Below, piece by piece: positions 54,212-64,000 of a stretch of DNA of 64,000 bases (position 1 is its first letter; the number at the start of each line of letters is the position of its first letter). Source of the stretch: an uncultured delta proteobacterium (GTDB taxonomy: Bacteria > Myxococcota_A > Polyangia > Haliangiales > Haliangiaceae); assembly GCA_963772655.1 (NCBI GenBank), contig CAVYYE010000009.1, positions 22,343 to 86,342 of the forward strand, written 5' to 3'. Below the pieces are notes generated by a model that saw nothing but the letters and a program-made list of their open reading frames with translations, ran no database searches and was not told the origin of the DNA. A program made the translations under genes and the position numbers.

Positions 54212-55186
54212 TCAGCCCGGATCCGGTGTCTGATTCGATGACCGCCGGTGGACCATATCGACCGCGAGGGACAGCGCGCGTTGCATCGAGACCGCGCGGG
54301 CCTTGCCGGTCCCCGCGATGTCGTAGGCCGTCCCGTGATCGGGGCTGGTCCGCACGATCGGCAACCCGAGGGTGACGTTGACCGCCTCGTCGAAGTCGAT
54401 CAGCTTGACCGGGATCAATCCCTGGTCGTGATACATCGCGACCATCGCGTCGTAGTGCCCGTGGAGCAGGTCGCGAAACGCGACATCGGGAACCAGAGGG
54501 CCGAGCAGTGTCGCCGGCGGACATGGTTTGGCGATCGCCGGCGCGATCACGTCGGCATCCTCGTCCCCGAGGAGCCCGTCCTCGCCGGCGTGGGGATTGA
54601 GTCCGAGCACGCCGATCCGCGGCGCCGCGATCCCGAAATCGGTGACCAGCGAGCGGGCCAGCAGCTCGATCACGACGCGCACGCGCTCGGTCGACAGGTC
54701 CTCGACGACCTCCCCGAGCGGCCGGTGCACGGTGGCCAGCGCCACCTTCATGCGCGGTCCGGCGAACAGCATCACGACGTCCTTCGCGCCGAGCCGGCTG
54801 GCGAGCATCTCGGTGTGGCCGAGGAACGCGAAGCCGCCGCCGCGCCGCGCCCATGTCTTCGAGATCGGAGCGGTCACAATCGCTGCGAGCTCGCCGCGCT
54901 TGGCCGCCGCGACCGCGGCCTCGAGGTAGCCGACCTGGGCCTCGCCGCAGGTCGCACCGGGCCGTCCTGGCTGCACGCTGTCGCCGGCGCCCACGCCCAC
55001 GATCTCGACGTCGGGGAGCGTCACGCCCATCGCCCTGGCGCCACGCTCGAGTGGGACGCGGTCGCCGAACACCCGCACGCGGGGGCGCCACGCCGCGGGC
55101 ATCGTGGCCAGCGTCATCGCCACGATCTCGGGGCCGATACCCGCCGGATCCCCGAGCGTGATGCCGAACCGCGTGACCTCCTCCAC
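54212..55186 (-). CDS. pdxA: 4-hydroxythreonine-4-phosphate dehydrogenase
   Basis: 'ITLGDPAGIGPEI', 'FLGHTEM', 'NPHAGE', 'HDQGLIP', 'RTSPDHGTA' motifs. Confidence 0.85.
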   Translation of the reverse strand: MEEVTRFGITLGDPAGIGPEIVAMTLATMPAAWRPRVRVFGDRVPLERGARAMGVTLPDVEIVGVGAGDSVQPGRPGATCGEAQVGYLEAAVAAAKRGELAAIVTAPISKTWARRGGGFAFLGHTEMLASRLGAKDVVMLFAGPRMKVALATVHRPLGEVVEDLSTERVRVVIELLARSLVTDFGIAAPRIGVLGLNPHAGEDGLLGDEDADVIAPAIAKPCPPATLLGPLVPDVAFRDLLHGHYDAMVAMYHDQGLIPVKLIDFDEAVNVTLGLPIVRTSPDHGTAYDIAGTGKARAVSMQRALSLAVDMVHRRSSNQTPDPG

Positions 55187-55264
55187 GGTTCGAAGCTACC
55201 ACTTCTTTCCGACTCCCCTGTTGGCCGTTGCTCGCGTCGAGCCGGCGTTCCATGATCGAGGAAC

Positions 55265-56104
55265 ATGGCGCGGGGAACGATCCGGAGCTCTCACCCCATC
55301 GCGATGCTGGCCGTGGTCGGGCTGGCCGCGTGTGCGGCCGCCGATGCCATGCCGCTCCCGCAGGCGCGAGCACCGACCCTGCTCGACGGGCGCGACCTCG
55401 GGCTGTATCCCGGCGAGTCGATGTCCTACGACGTCCAGCTCGCCGGCGTGCTGGTCGGCGAGGCACAGCTCGCCGTCGGCGACATCGGCACGATCGACGG
55501 CCACCGCGCGATCATCGTCAAGTCGCGTGCCGCCACCGCCGGAGCCGCCGCGTTGATCAAGCAGATCGTCGACGAGTCGACCACGGTGATCGATATCGAC
55601 ACCGGCCGGCCGTTGCGGGTCGACTCGCACGTGGTCAACGGCCCCAAGGAGCTCACCGCGACGTCGACGTTCTCCGGCCGTTACGCGGCCGTGAGCTACG
55701 TGCGCAACACCCACCCCGATCGCCCGGTCCACCTGAGGATCGACTTCCACGGCGAGACCGTGCTCGACATGCACAGCGCGATGGCCGCGCTGCGCGGCTG
55801 GCGGGCGGATCCGGGGACGCGCCGCACCGTGTACCTGATCGGGGGCCGCCGCCTGCGACGGATCGATCTGACGTACGACGGCGACACCACCATCGGCTCA
55901 CCGATCGGAAACCGCCGGGCGGTGGTGTTCGAGGGCGTGACCTACCGGATCGATCGCCGCACGCTCGCGGTCCTTCCCGGCAAGCCGACGCGCACCTTCA
56001 AGGTGTGGCTCTCCAACGATGCCGACCGCGTACCGATCAAGTGCGCCGCGCAGACCGAGCTCGGCGCGGTCACGATGACGCTCGTCGAGTACAACCGCCG
56101 GTAG
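55265..56104 (+). CDS. Secreted hypothetical protein (possibly DUF3108-like)
   Basis: Signal/lipobox 'MLAVVGLAACAA'; beta-rich composition; clean ORF. Confidence 0.35.
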   Translation: MARGTIRSSHPIAMLAVVGLAACAAADAMPLPQARAPTLLDGRDLGLYPGESMSYDVQLAGVLVGEAQLAVGDIGTIDGHRAIIVKSRAATAGAAALIKQIVDESTTVIDIDTGRPLRVDSHVVNGPKELTATSTFSGRYAAVSYVRNTHPDRPVHLRIDFHGETVLDMHSAMAALRGWRADPGTRRTVYLIGGRRLRRIDLTYDGDTTIGSPIGNRRAVVFEGVTYRIDRRTLAVLPGKPTRTFKVWLSNDADRVPIKCAAQTELGAVTMTLVEYNRR

Positions 56105-56116
56105 AATTGGCGACGG

Positions 56117-58165
56117 CTAGTCGCCGCCCTTGGCCGCCGTTTCGGTCACGGTCACGGTCAACGTCGCCGATGGCGTGTCCACGACCGTCTCGGTGATCCG
56201 CGCGTCGCCGTCGTCGATCACCTTGACGACCGGCGTCCCGATCGGTGGGTCGCCCTCGGCCTCGTCGGCCTCCTCGGCTTCGATCTCGATCACGGTCTCG
56301 ATCTCGGGCGCCGTCGGTGCCCGCGCCGGAGGGGGCTTGTTCGGCTGGGTCTTGCGCATCGCCGGCTCCAGCACGACGACCTCTTCGTCGACAGCCGTCA
56401 TCACGGCCGCCTCGAGCGGAGACGGCGCGCGCGACGACAGGATCAGAGGGACCCGCTCGCTCGGCCTGGTGGGCGACCGCGTCGGCTTTCCACTCGACAC
56501 CTCGTCGAAGCGCTCGTCGAGCTCGGCCGCGACCGGACTCGACGCACGCTCGCGGCGCACGTCGGTCGGCTCGTCGGTCTCATCGGTCGGCTCGTCGGTC
56601 GGCTCGTCGGTCGGCTCCCCGATCGTGATCTCGATGATCGGCTCGGAATCGGCGCGGCGCGGAATCACTCGCTGGATCGTGGGTTCGGAGTCGATGCGGG
56701 GAGCCGGCTCCGGTACCGACGCGGCGGCGGCGTCGGACACCGGCTCGGGAATCGACCGGGCGTCGGACACAGGCTCGGGGGCCGACGGGTCCGGCCGTGG
56801 CCGGATCTTCGTCGGTCCGGAGTCGACGCTCGAGAACTCATCGGGCGGCGGCGGCGCGTCGGCGGCGAGGATCGGTGGCTCGGGTTTTTCGTACGCCGAC
56901 TCGATCGCCGACCGGGCTTCCTCGTCGTTGGCGGTGTCGAGGCCGCGGAACGCGCCCACGCTCGCACGCTCGGCGACCATCGGCGTGAGCCGCTCGAGGA
57001 GCACCTCGCCGAGCTCGGAGTCGTCGTCGCACAGCTCCCGGAAGTCGTCGGCACGGAGCCCGAGCGCGCGCACGTGGCCACGCGCGACCGCGAGCCCGTC
57101 GCGATCGGGAAGCGGGCTCCCGGCGACCAGCGCCTCCGGGTACAGCAGCGTGCCCGGCAGCTGGAGAACGCCGTCGAGGGTCACGTTGCCCTCGAGCACG
57201 ACCCACGCGACCCGATCGCCGAGCGTGGCCGCGGGGATGCGCTCGTCCTCGGCGTAGTCGCGCGGGATCGCGATCCGGAGTGCGCGCAGGCGTTGCTGCG
57301 AGCTCACCTTCTCCGACCACAGCTCGCAGCTCGCGATCACCTCGTCGTCGCGCCGGATCGCCTCGGCGGGCCGCGGGGTCTCGCCGGCCTCGAGCACCCG
57401 CACGACGATCGCCGTCGCGTTGTCGGCACCACCGCGCTCGAGCGCGAGCTCGATCAACCGCTGGGCCGCGCGCGCCGGACTCGGCTGCTGCGTCAGCACC
57501 TCGCCGACCTCGTTCTCGGGCACGTACTCGCTGATCCCGTCGCTGCACAGCATGAAGCGATCGCCGTCGGCGAGCGGCACGACGAACGTCGACACCTTGC
57601 ACGCCTCGCCGATGCCGAGCGCGTTGGTCAGCATGCTCTTGAACCGCGAGCCCTCGCCGGACTGATCGACGTCGATCCCGGCGGCGAGCAACCGGGCGAG
57701 CAGCGTGTGATCCTCGGTCAGCTGCATCGCGATGCCATCGCGCACCATGTACGCGCGCGAGTCACCGGCGTGCGCGAACACCAGCTCGTTGCCGATCACC
57801 ATCCCGCCGACCAGCGTGGTGCCCATCCCCTTCTTGGAGATGTCGCGGCGAGCCTCGGCGAGGATCTCGCCGTGAGCCGCGCTCGCACCATCGCGCAGGG
57901 CGGCCAGGAGCTTGTGCTTGGTGTCGGGATCCCCCTGCGCGAGCCAGGCGTCGATCTGGAGTTGCGTGTCCTCGTCCGACCAGCGTTCACGAATCGTCTG
58001 GATCGCGATCGAGCTAGCGACCTCCCCCGCCGCATGTCCCCCCATGCCGTCGCACACCAGGAACATGCCGAGCTCGGCATCGAAGAAGTGCGAGTCTTCG
58101 TTGTGCTCGCGCACGTTGCCGACGTGCGTCGCCGCAGCGCCGACGATCGAGGCTCGGCCCGCCAC
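56117..58165 (-). CDS. PP2C-family Ser/Thr protein phosphatase with cNMP-binding-like middle domain and Pro/Glu-rich repetitive C-terminal tail
   Basis: 'FLVCDGMGGHAAGEVAS', 'DSRAYMV', 'LCSDGIS', 'GGADNATAIVV' PP2C motifs; (PTDE)n repeats. Confidence 0.75.
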   Translation of the reverse strand: MAGRASIVGAAATHVGNVREHNEDSHFFDAELGMFLVCDGMGGHAAGEVASSIAIQTIRERWSDEDTQLQIDAWLAQGDPDTKHKLLAALRDGASAAHGEILAEARRDISKKGMGTTLVGGMVIGNELVFAHAGDSRAYMVRDGIAMQLTEDHTLLARLLAAGIDVDQSGEGSRFKSMLTNALGIGEACKVSTFVVPLADGDRFMLCSDGISEYVPENEVGEVLTQQPSPARAAQRLIELALERGGADNATAIVVRVLEAGETPRPAEAIRRDDEVIASCELWSEKVSSQQRLRALRIAIPRDYAEDERIPAATLGDRVAWVVLEGNVTLDGVLQLPGTLLYPEALVAGSPLPDRDGLAVARGHVRALGLRADDFRELCDDDSELGEVLLERLTPMVAERASVGAFRGLDTANDEEARSAIESAYEKPEPPILAADAPPPPDEFSSVDSGPTKIRPRPDPSAPEPVSDARSIPEPVSDAAAASVPEPAPRIDSEPTIQRVIPRRADSEPIIEITIGEPTDEPTDEPTDETDEPTDVRRERASSPVAAELDERFDEVSSGKPTRSPTRPSERVPLILSSRAPSPLEAAVMTAVDEEVVVLEPAMRKTQPNKPPPARAPTAPEIETVIEIEAEEADEAEGDPPIGTPVVKVIDDGDARITETVVDTPSATLTVTVTETAAKGGD
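56560..56625. repeat. 12-bp tandem repeat (GGCTCGTCGGTC)n inside the PP2C gene, encoding (PTDE)n
   Basis: Direct reading of sequence. Confidence 0.7.
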
Positions 58166-58214
58166 CCCTTCATTCTACACCAGGCGTGGGGGTCACTGGC
58201 ACGACGACAACGGT

Positions 58215-58949
58215 TTACGCCCGCATCTTGTAACCGACGTTGCGAACGGTCTCGATCAGCAGTCCGACATCCCCCAGCTTCGCGCGTACCCGGCGAACGT
58301 GGATGTCGACGGTCCGCGTACCTCCGGCATATCGGTAGCCCCAGGCGCGCTCGAGCAGCGCCTCGCGGGTGAACACCCGGCCGCGATGCTGGGCGAGGTA
58401 CCGCAGCAGCTCGAATTCCTGGTGCGTGAGCTCGATCCGACGTCCGGCTAGTCGAACTTCGTATCCCGCGATGTCGATCACGAGGTCGTCGATCTTGAGC
58501 AGGTCGTCGTTGCCGAACGTCGCGGTGCGCCAATCGACCTGCCGCATCCGGCTGTACAGCTCCACGGGCACGAGCGGCATCAGGACGAAGTCATCGAACC
58601 CGATCGAGAAGTCGAGGCGGGACAGGCCCCCGACGTTGACCGCGATCAGGATCGGGGTCTCGACGAGCGGCCCCTCGTCCCGCAACCGCTTGATCGTCTT
58701 GTGAGCCCGGGGAACGTCGTCGCCGGCCTCGACGACCACCACCGAGGGGCGCTCGCGGGCCACCTGCTCGAGGTCGAGCCCGCCGAGGTCGAACCGTCCG
58801 AGCGTGACCCGGCACCCGAGCTCCATCAGCACGGAGGCGACGGTTCCGGGTTCATGGGCCCGGTCGGGGTCGGCACAGATCACGATGGCTCGCACGGTGG
58901 GAAGTGATCTCCCCGACTTCGCTCCCGCGTCAAGAGCAGGAGCGAGCAT
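58215..58949 (-). CDS. OmpR-family winged-helix response regulator with atypical receiver (no obvious phospho-acceptor Asp; 'VVVVEAGDD')
   Basis: C-terminal '[14 protein letters not shown]...[11 protein letters not shown]' OmpR/PhoB wHTH; receiver-like N-terminal half; ATG at 58947-58949. Confidence 0.65.
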   Translation of the reverse strand: MLAPALDAGAKSGRSLPTVRAIVICADPDRAHEPGTVASVLMELGCRVTLGRFDLGGLDLEQVARERPSVVVVEAGDDVPRAHKTIKRLRDEGPLVETPILIAVNVGGLSRLDFSIGFDDFVLMPLVPVELYSRMRQVDWRTATFGNDDLLKIDDLVIDIAGYEVRLAGRRIELTHQEFELLRYLAQHRGRVFTREALLERAWGYRYAGGTRTVDIHVRRVRAKLGDVGLLIETVRNVGYKMRA

Positions 58950-59048
58950 GCATGTCCCGAGTCCGCGAGGGTTGCGCGCGAAACAACATCCCCGTCGCCC
59001 CGTCAGGGCTATTGCCAGGGTCGGGTAACGTGTAACAATTGGAGCCGG

Positions 59049-60257
<1,209 letters not shown>

Positions 60258-60285
60258 CCCCGCGCACCCCGACGCCAGGTCGAGG

Positions 60286-60836
60286 GGGTATGCTGCCCCT
60301 GGGGCGAGCTTGCGAGCCCGTTCCGTACAGGCGAGCGCTTCGCGAGCCGATCATCGACGCCTGCACATCCCGGTGCGGAGCTCGCGACGCAACGGGTATG
60401 CTGCACCTAGGGCGAGCTTGCGAGCCCGTTCCGTACAGGCGAGCGCTTCGCGAGCCGATCATCGACGCCTGCACATCCCGGTGCGGAGCTCGCGACGCAA
60501 CGGGTATGCTGCACCTAGGGCGAGCTTGCGAGCCCGTTCCGTACAGGCGAGCGCTTCGCGAGCCGATCATCGACGCCTGCACATCCCGGTGCGGAGCTCG
60601 CGACGCAACGGGTATGCTGCACCTAGGGCGAGCTTGCGAGCCCGTTCCGTACAGGCGAGCGCTTCGCGAGCCGATCATCGACGCCTGCACATCCCGGTGC
60701 GGAGCTCGCGACGCAACGGGTATGCTGCACCTAGGGCGAGCTTGCGAGCCCGTTCCGTACAGGCGAGCGCTTCGCGAGCCGATCATCGACGCCTGCACAT
60801 CCCGGTGCGGAGCTCGCGACGCAACGGGTATGCTGC
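60286..60836. repeat. Non-coding tandem repeat, 108-bp unit x ~5.1 copies, nearly identical
   Basis: Unit start 'GGGTATGCTGC' recurs at 60286, 60394, 60502, 60610, 60718 and 60826. Each unit contains the inverted repeat TCGCGAGC...GCTCGCGA. No frame of the unit gives a protein-like translation. Confidence 0.85.
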
Positions 60837-60840
60837 AGGC

Positions 60841-61296
60841 GTGCCCGAGCTGCGCAACGTCATCGTGTTCACGATCGGCGCCGGGCGCTATGCCGTCGAG
60901 CTGCGGTGGGTGCGCGAGGTCGTCAGCCTCGGGTTCGTGACCAACGTGCCGACTGCCCCCGAGGTCCTCGGCGGTGTGTGCAACCTTCACGGCACGATCC
61001 TCCCGGTGCTCGACGTCAGCGTGTTGCTCGGCGGCAAGCCCGGGCTTCCCGCGCGCCAGGGTGACGGTGCACTGGTGCTCGAGATCGAGGGGCTGGTGTG
61101 CGCGCTGCGCGTCGACCAGATCGATCACGTCGCGTCGCTCTCCGAGACCACGCCCGACAAGGATGGCTCGGGCACCGCGGTGATCGACACCTCCGGTCGC
61201 CCTCTCTCGCTGCTCGATCCCACCAAGCTGGTCCGCCACGCGGTCGACATGGTGGCCGCGTCGGCACCGAACGATCGGGCGGACGCCGGAACCTGA
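60841..61296 (+). CDS. cheW: CheW-like chemotaxis coupling protein
   Basis: 'VIVFTIGAGRYAVELRWVREVV' and 'GGVCNLHGTILPVLDVSVLLG' CheW-domain blocks; GTG at 60841, immediately after the repeat array. Confidence 0.7.
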   Translation: MPELRNVIVFTIGAGRYAVELRWVREVVSLGFVTNVPTAPEVLGGVCNLHGTILPVLDVSVLLGGKPGLPARQGDGALVLEIEGLVCALRVDQIDHVASLSETTPDKDGSGTAVIDTSGRPLSLLDPTKLVRHAVDMVAASAPNDRADAGT

Positions 61297-63506
61297 TGGG
61301 CGACGAGCTCGACTTCGATCCCGAGGAGCTCGCGATGCTCCGCCAGCTGTTTCGCAGCGAGGCCGAGGAATCGCTCGAGGCCGTGACCGAACGCGTGCTG
61401 GCGAGTGGTTCCGCGAAGCCATCCGCCGAGGCCTTGACCGAGATGATGCGGGTCACCCACACGCTCAAGGGGGCCGCGGGCACCGTGGGCCTCCCCGCGA
61501 TCGTGGACCTGTCGCACCGCCTCGAGAGCGTGCTCGCTTCGCTCGCGCGCGACGCCACGCCGTGGATGCCGACCACGGCCGACCAGATCGTCGAGATCAC
61601 CGACGGCATGCGCGGTTATCTCGACCGCGTCGGCGGCGATCCCGCGGCCGCCGAGGCGCTGGCCAAGACGATCCGGCGCCAGATCGATCGCATCGCGCAC
61701 CCGGATCAGCGACGCGGCGCGAACGAGTCGATCCCGCCGCCCGCCGAACCACCCCCGGAGTCGGTGCTCGAGCCGTCTCAGCCCGACACCCCGGAGCCCA
61801 AGACCTGGCTCCGCATCGACCCCGACCGCATCGACGATCTGATGTCGAGTGCCGGCGAGCTGCTGTTCGATCGCACGCGCATCGAGCGGCGCGTGCAGCT
61901 GTTGCGCACGCTCGCGCGCGACCTCGCACGCACCCGCCAGACGTTGCACGACACGCTCGGCACCGCCGAGGACCAAAACGTTCCGACGCGATCGACGCTG
62001 CTGGCCGTCGGCGAGTCCGAGCGCGAGCTGGCGAGCCAGGCGGTGCTGCTGTCGCAGACCACCGCGGCCCTGCTCGACGAGATCGAGGCGCTGCGTCGCA
62101 CGATCGGCGAGCTCCAGCGCGGGCTGACGCGGATCCGCATGGAGAGCGCGAAGAGCCTGATGACGCACGCCGCGCGCACGCTGCGCGCGCTGCGTCGCGC
62201 CACCGGCATCCACGTCGAGTTGCGCACGATCGGCGAGGAGACCGAGTTCGACAAGGCGGTCGCCGAGCAGCTGATCGACCCGATCACGCAGCTGCTCCGC
62301 AACGCGGTGGCCCACGCCGTCGAGCCAGCCGAGGAGCGTCGCGCTCTCGGCAAGCCGCCGATCGCGACGATCACGATCCGCGCCCGCCAGGAGGGCAACC
62401 TGCTGGTGCTCGAGCTGTCCGACGACGGCCGCGGCATCGACACCGCCGCGGTGCGCGAGCGTCTGATCGCGAGTGGCCAGTGGTCGGCCGCCCGCGCGCA
62501 GCTCGCCGACGATGCCGAGATTCTCGACGCGCTGCTCGGAAGCGGCGTGTCGGTGCGCGACGACACCGACGAGCTCGCCGGCCGCGGCATCGGCGTCGGG
62601 CTCGTGCGGCAGACCGTGGCGAGGCTCGGCGGGGAGGTCAAGGTGGCGTCGAGCCCGCACCGCGGCACGACGTTCAGCCTCCGGCTCCCGCTGTCGACCG
62701 CGCTCGCGCAGGCGATGCTGTTCAAGGTCGGCGGGCAGGTCTACGCGATCCCCAACGTCCACGTCGTCGACACCACCCAGGTCGAGCCCGGCGTCACCAC
62801 CACGACGGTGACGCGCCGGGATGGCACGCCCGATCGCGAGCCATTGCCGGTGCTCCGGCTCGAGGAGCTGCTCGGCCACGGCCCGGGCACGGAACGCCGG
62901 CCCGGCGTCGTCGTCTCGTTCGCCGGCAAGTCGCTGGTGTGTACCGTCGACAAGCTCGTCGGGCCGCGCGAGATCATCGTCAAGCCGCTCGGCGAGATGC
63001 TCGCCCCGCTGACGCTGTACGCGGGGGCCACGATCAGTGGCTCCGGCAAGGTCCAGCTGATCCTCGATCCCGCCCAGCTCGTGCGCCGCGCTCACCCCGA
63101 CGCGCCCGTCGAGATGATCGACGACATCGCATCGGCGCCGGTCGTGCTCGCCGGCCGCGCGCTGGTGGTCGACGACTCGCGCGCGATCCGCGAGGCCATG
63201 ACCTCGATGCTCGGACGCGAGGGCTGGATCGTCGATGTCGCCGAGGATGGTGCGCGCGCGCTCCAGATGACCCGCCAGGTCCGCTACGACCTCGTCGTCA
63301 CCGATCTCGAGATGCCCGAGCTCGATGGCTTCGAGCTGATCTCGCGGCTGCGCAAGGACGTCCGCTTCAAGACCACGCCGATCGTGATCATCACGTCGCG
63401 CGCGAACCCCGAGCACCGCCGGCGCGCCAAGGACCTCGAGGTCCGCGCACTGGTCGCCAAGCCGATCACGCGTCGCAAGCTGCTCGAGGCCCTGGCGACC
63501 CGCTAG
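61296..63506 (+). CDS. cheA: Chemotaxis histidine kinase CheA with C-terminal receiver domain (CheA-CheY hybrid)
   Basis: HPt 'MRVTHTLKGAAGTVGL'; HATPase 'ELSDDGRGID', 'GRGIGVGLV'; CheW-like domain; receiver 'ALVVDDSRAIRE...DLVVTDLEMPELDG...AKP'. Confidence 0.85.
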   Translation: MGDELDFDPEELAMLRQLFRSEAEESLEAVTERVLASGSAKPSAEALTEMMRVTHTLKGAAGTVGLPAIVDLSHRLESVLASLARDATPWMPTTADQIVEITDGMRGYLDRVGGDPAAAEALAKTIRRQIDRIAHPDQRRGANESIPPPAEPPPESVLEPSQPDTPEPKTWLRIDPDRIDDLMSSAGELLFDRTRIERRVQLLRTLARDLARTRQTLHDTLGTAEDQNVPTRSTLLAVGESERELASQAVLLSQTTAALLDEIEALRRTIGELQRGLTRIRMESAKSLMTHAARTLRALRRATGIHVELRTIGEETEFDKAVAEQLIDPITQLLRNAVAHAVEPAEERRALGKPPIATITIRARQEGNLLVLELSDDGRGIDTAAVRERLIASGQWSAARAQLADDAEILDALLGSGVSVRDDTDELAGRGIGVGLVRQTVARLGGEVKVASSPHRGTTFSLRLPLSTALAQAMLFKVGGQVYAIPNVHVVDTTQVEPGVTTTTVTRRDGTPDREPLPVLRLEELLGHGPGTERRPGVVVSFAGKSLVCTVDKLVGPREIIVKPLGEMLAPLTLYAGATISGSGKVQLILDPAQLVRRAHPDAPVEMIDDIASAPVVLAGRALVVDDSRAIREAMTSMLGREGWIVDVAEDGARALQMTRQVRYDLVVTDLEMPELDGFELISRLRKDVRFKTTPIVIITSRANPEHRRRAKDLEVRALVAKPITRRKLLEALATR

Positions 63507-64000
63507 CGGCGCTTCTTCTTGCCCTTGCTCTTGCCGCCAGCACCGGCGCGCTCGCTCATGCCGCGGTGCGAGACACCGAGCTGGAGCTTGCCCGCCGCCT
63601 TGCGCGTCGTCGCACCCCGCTCTGCCCGCCCGCGCGCCGCCTTGGCGACCTCGCGGCCGGCCTTGCGTTGCTTGGCGAGCCCGGCCCGTGGGCTGGGCTG
63701 CGGCGCCGATTTCTTGGCGTGCCTGACTGCCGGCTTCTTGCCCGCGTGGCGGGCACCGACCAGCGTGAACTCGAGGCGGCGGCGGACCACCGACACGTTG
63801 GCGATCTCGATCACGACCTCGTCGCCGAGCTCGATCATCTTGCCGGTCTTGCGGCCGGTGAGCCGCATGTGGATGCCGTCGAAGTCCCACGGTTCGTTGC
63901 CGAGGGTGTCGAGCTTGATCAGGCCCTCGACGTAGGGCGAGTCGATCTCGACGAACGCGCCGAAGTTGGTGACCGCGGAGATCACGCCCTCGAACCGCTG
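63503..64000 (-). CDS. rnr: Ribonuclease R/II family, C-terminal S1 domain and Lys/Arg-rich tail (partial; continues beyond window end)
   Basis: 'VTNFGAFVEI...GLI' S1 motif followed by a basic tail; ORF open to the window edge. Confidence 0.6.
   Translation of the reverse strand, partial: QRFEGVISAVTNFGAFVEIDSPYVEGLIKLDTLGNEPWDFDGIHMRLTGRKTGKMIELGDEVVIEIANVSVVRRRLEFTLVGARHAGKKPAVRHAKKSAPQPSPRAGLAKQRKAGREVAKAARGRAERGATTRKAAGKLQLGVSHRGMSERAGAGGKSKGKKKRR

Noticed and set aside
61098-61295. Upstream extension of the cheA ORF (61098..)
   Set aside because: It overlaps the cheW C-terminus in another frame. The HPt domain and a tight TGATG junction place the start at 61296.

Overview
This is a high-GC (~70%) bacterial chromosomal window with Myxococcota-like content. 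It carries an eukaryotic-like Ser/Thr kinase fused to a cyclase-homology, AAA and TPR region, HEAT-repeat and AgmX-like proteins, a CheW-CheA(-CheY) pair, a PP2C phosphatase, and many lipobox lipoproteins. I called about 47 coding genes on both strands plus several repeats. Core metabolism and housekeeping genes are argC-argJ-argB, panB, pdxA, pth2-like, clpX and a partial rnr. The accessory content includes:
- a translationally coupled 4-gene operon of a CPBP intramembrane protease followed by three divergent ClpA/B-type double-AAA+ ATPases that lack the canonical N-domain;
- two lipoprotein genes interrupted by in-frame TGA codons, each followed 11-15 nt downstream by a near-identical hairpin (GGGRCC-CGGGC-GGTCYC) sitting in different reading frames. 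This is the signature of bacterial SECIS elements, so both are candidate selenoproteins. One has a thioredoxin-fold U-x-x-C motif and lies next to multiheme cytochrome c genes;
- a 4-gene lipoprotein cluster resembling a 3-way split DUF1592/1588/1585/1587-type cytochrome-c protein plus its DUF1552 Tat partner;
- a split alpha-2-macroglobulin pair;
- an MFS-like transporter fused to an alpha-helical region and a cNMP-binding domain;
- a 108-bp x5 non-coding tandem repeat upstream of cheW-cheA.
Three genes show single-nucleotide frameshifts, so the sequence may be draft quality or contain pseudogenes. All calls rest on reading the translated ORFs and motifs by eye; I ran no database searches.
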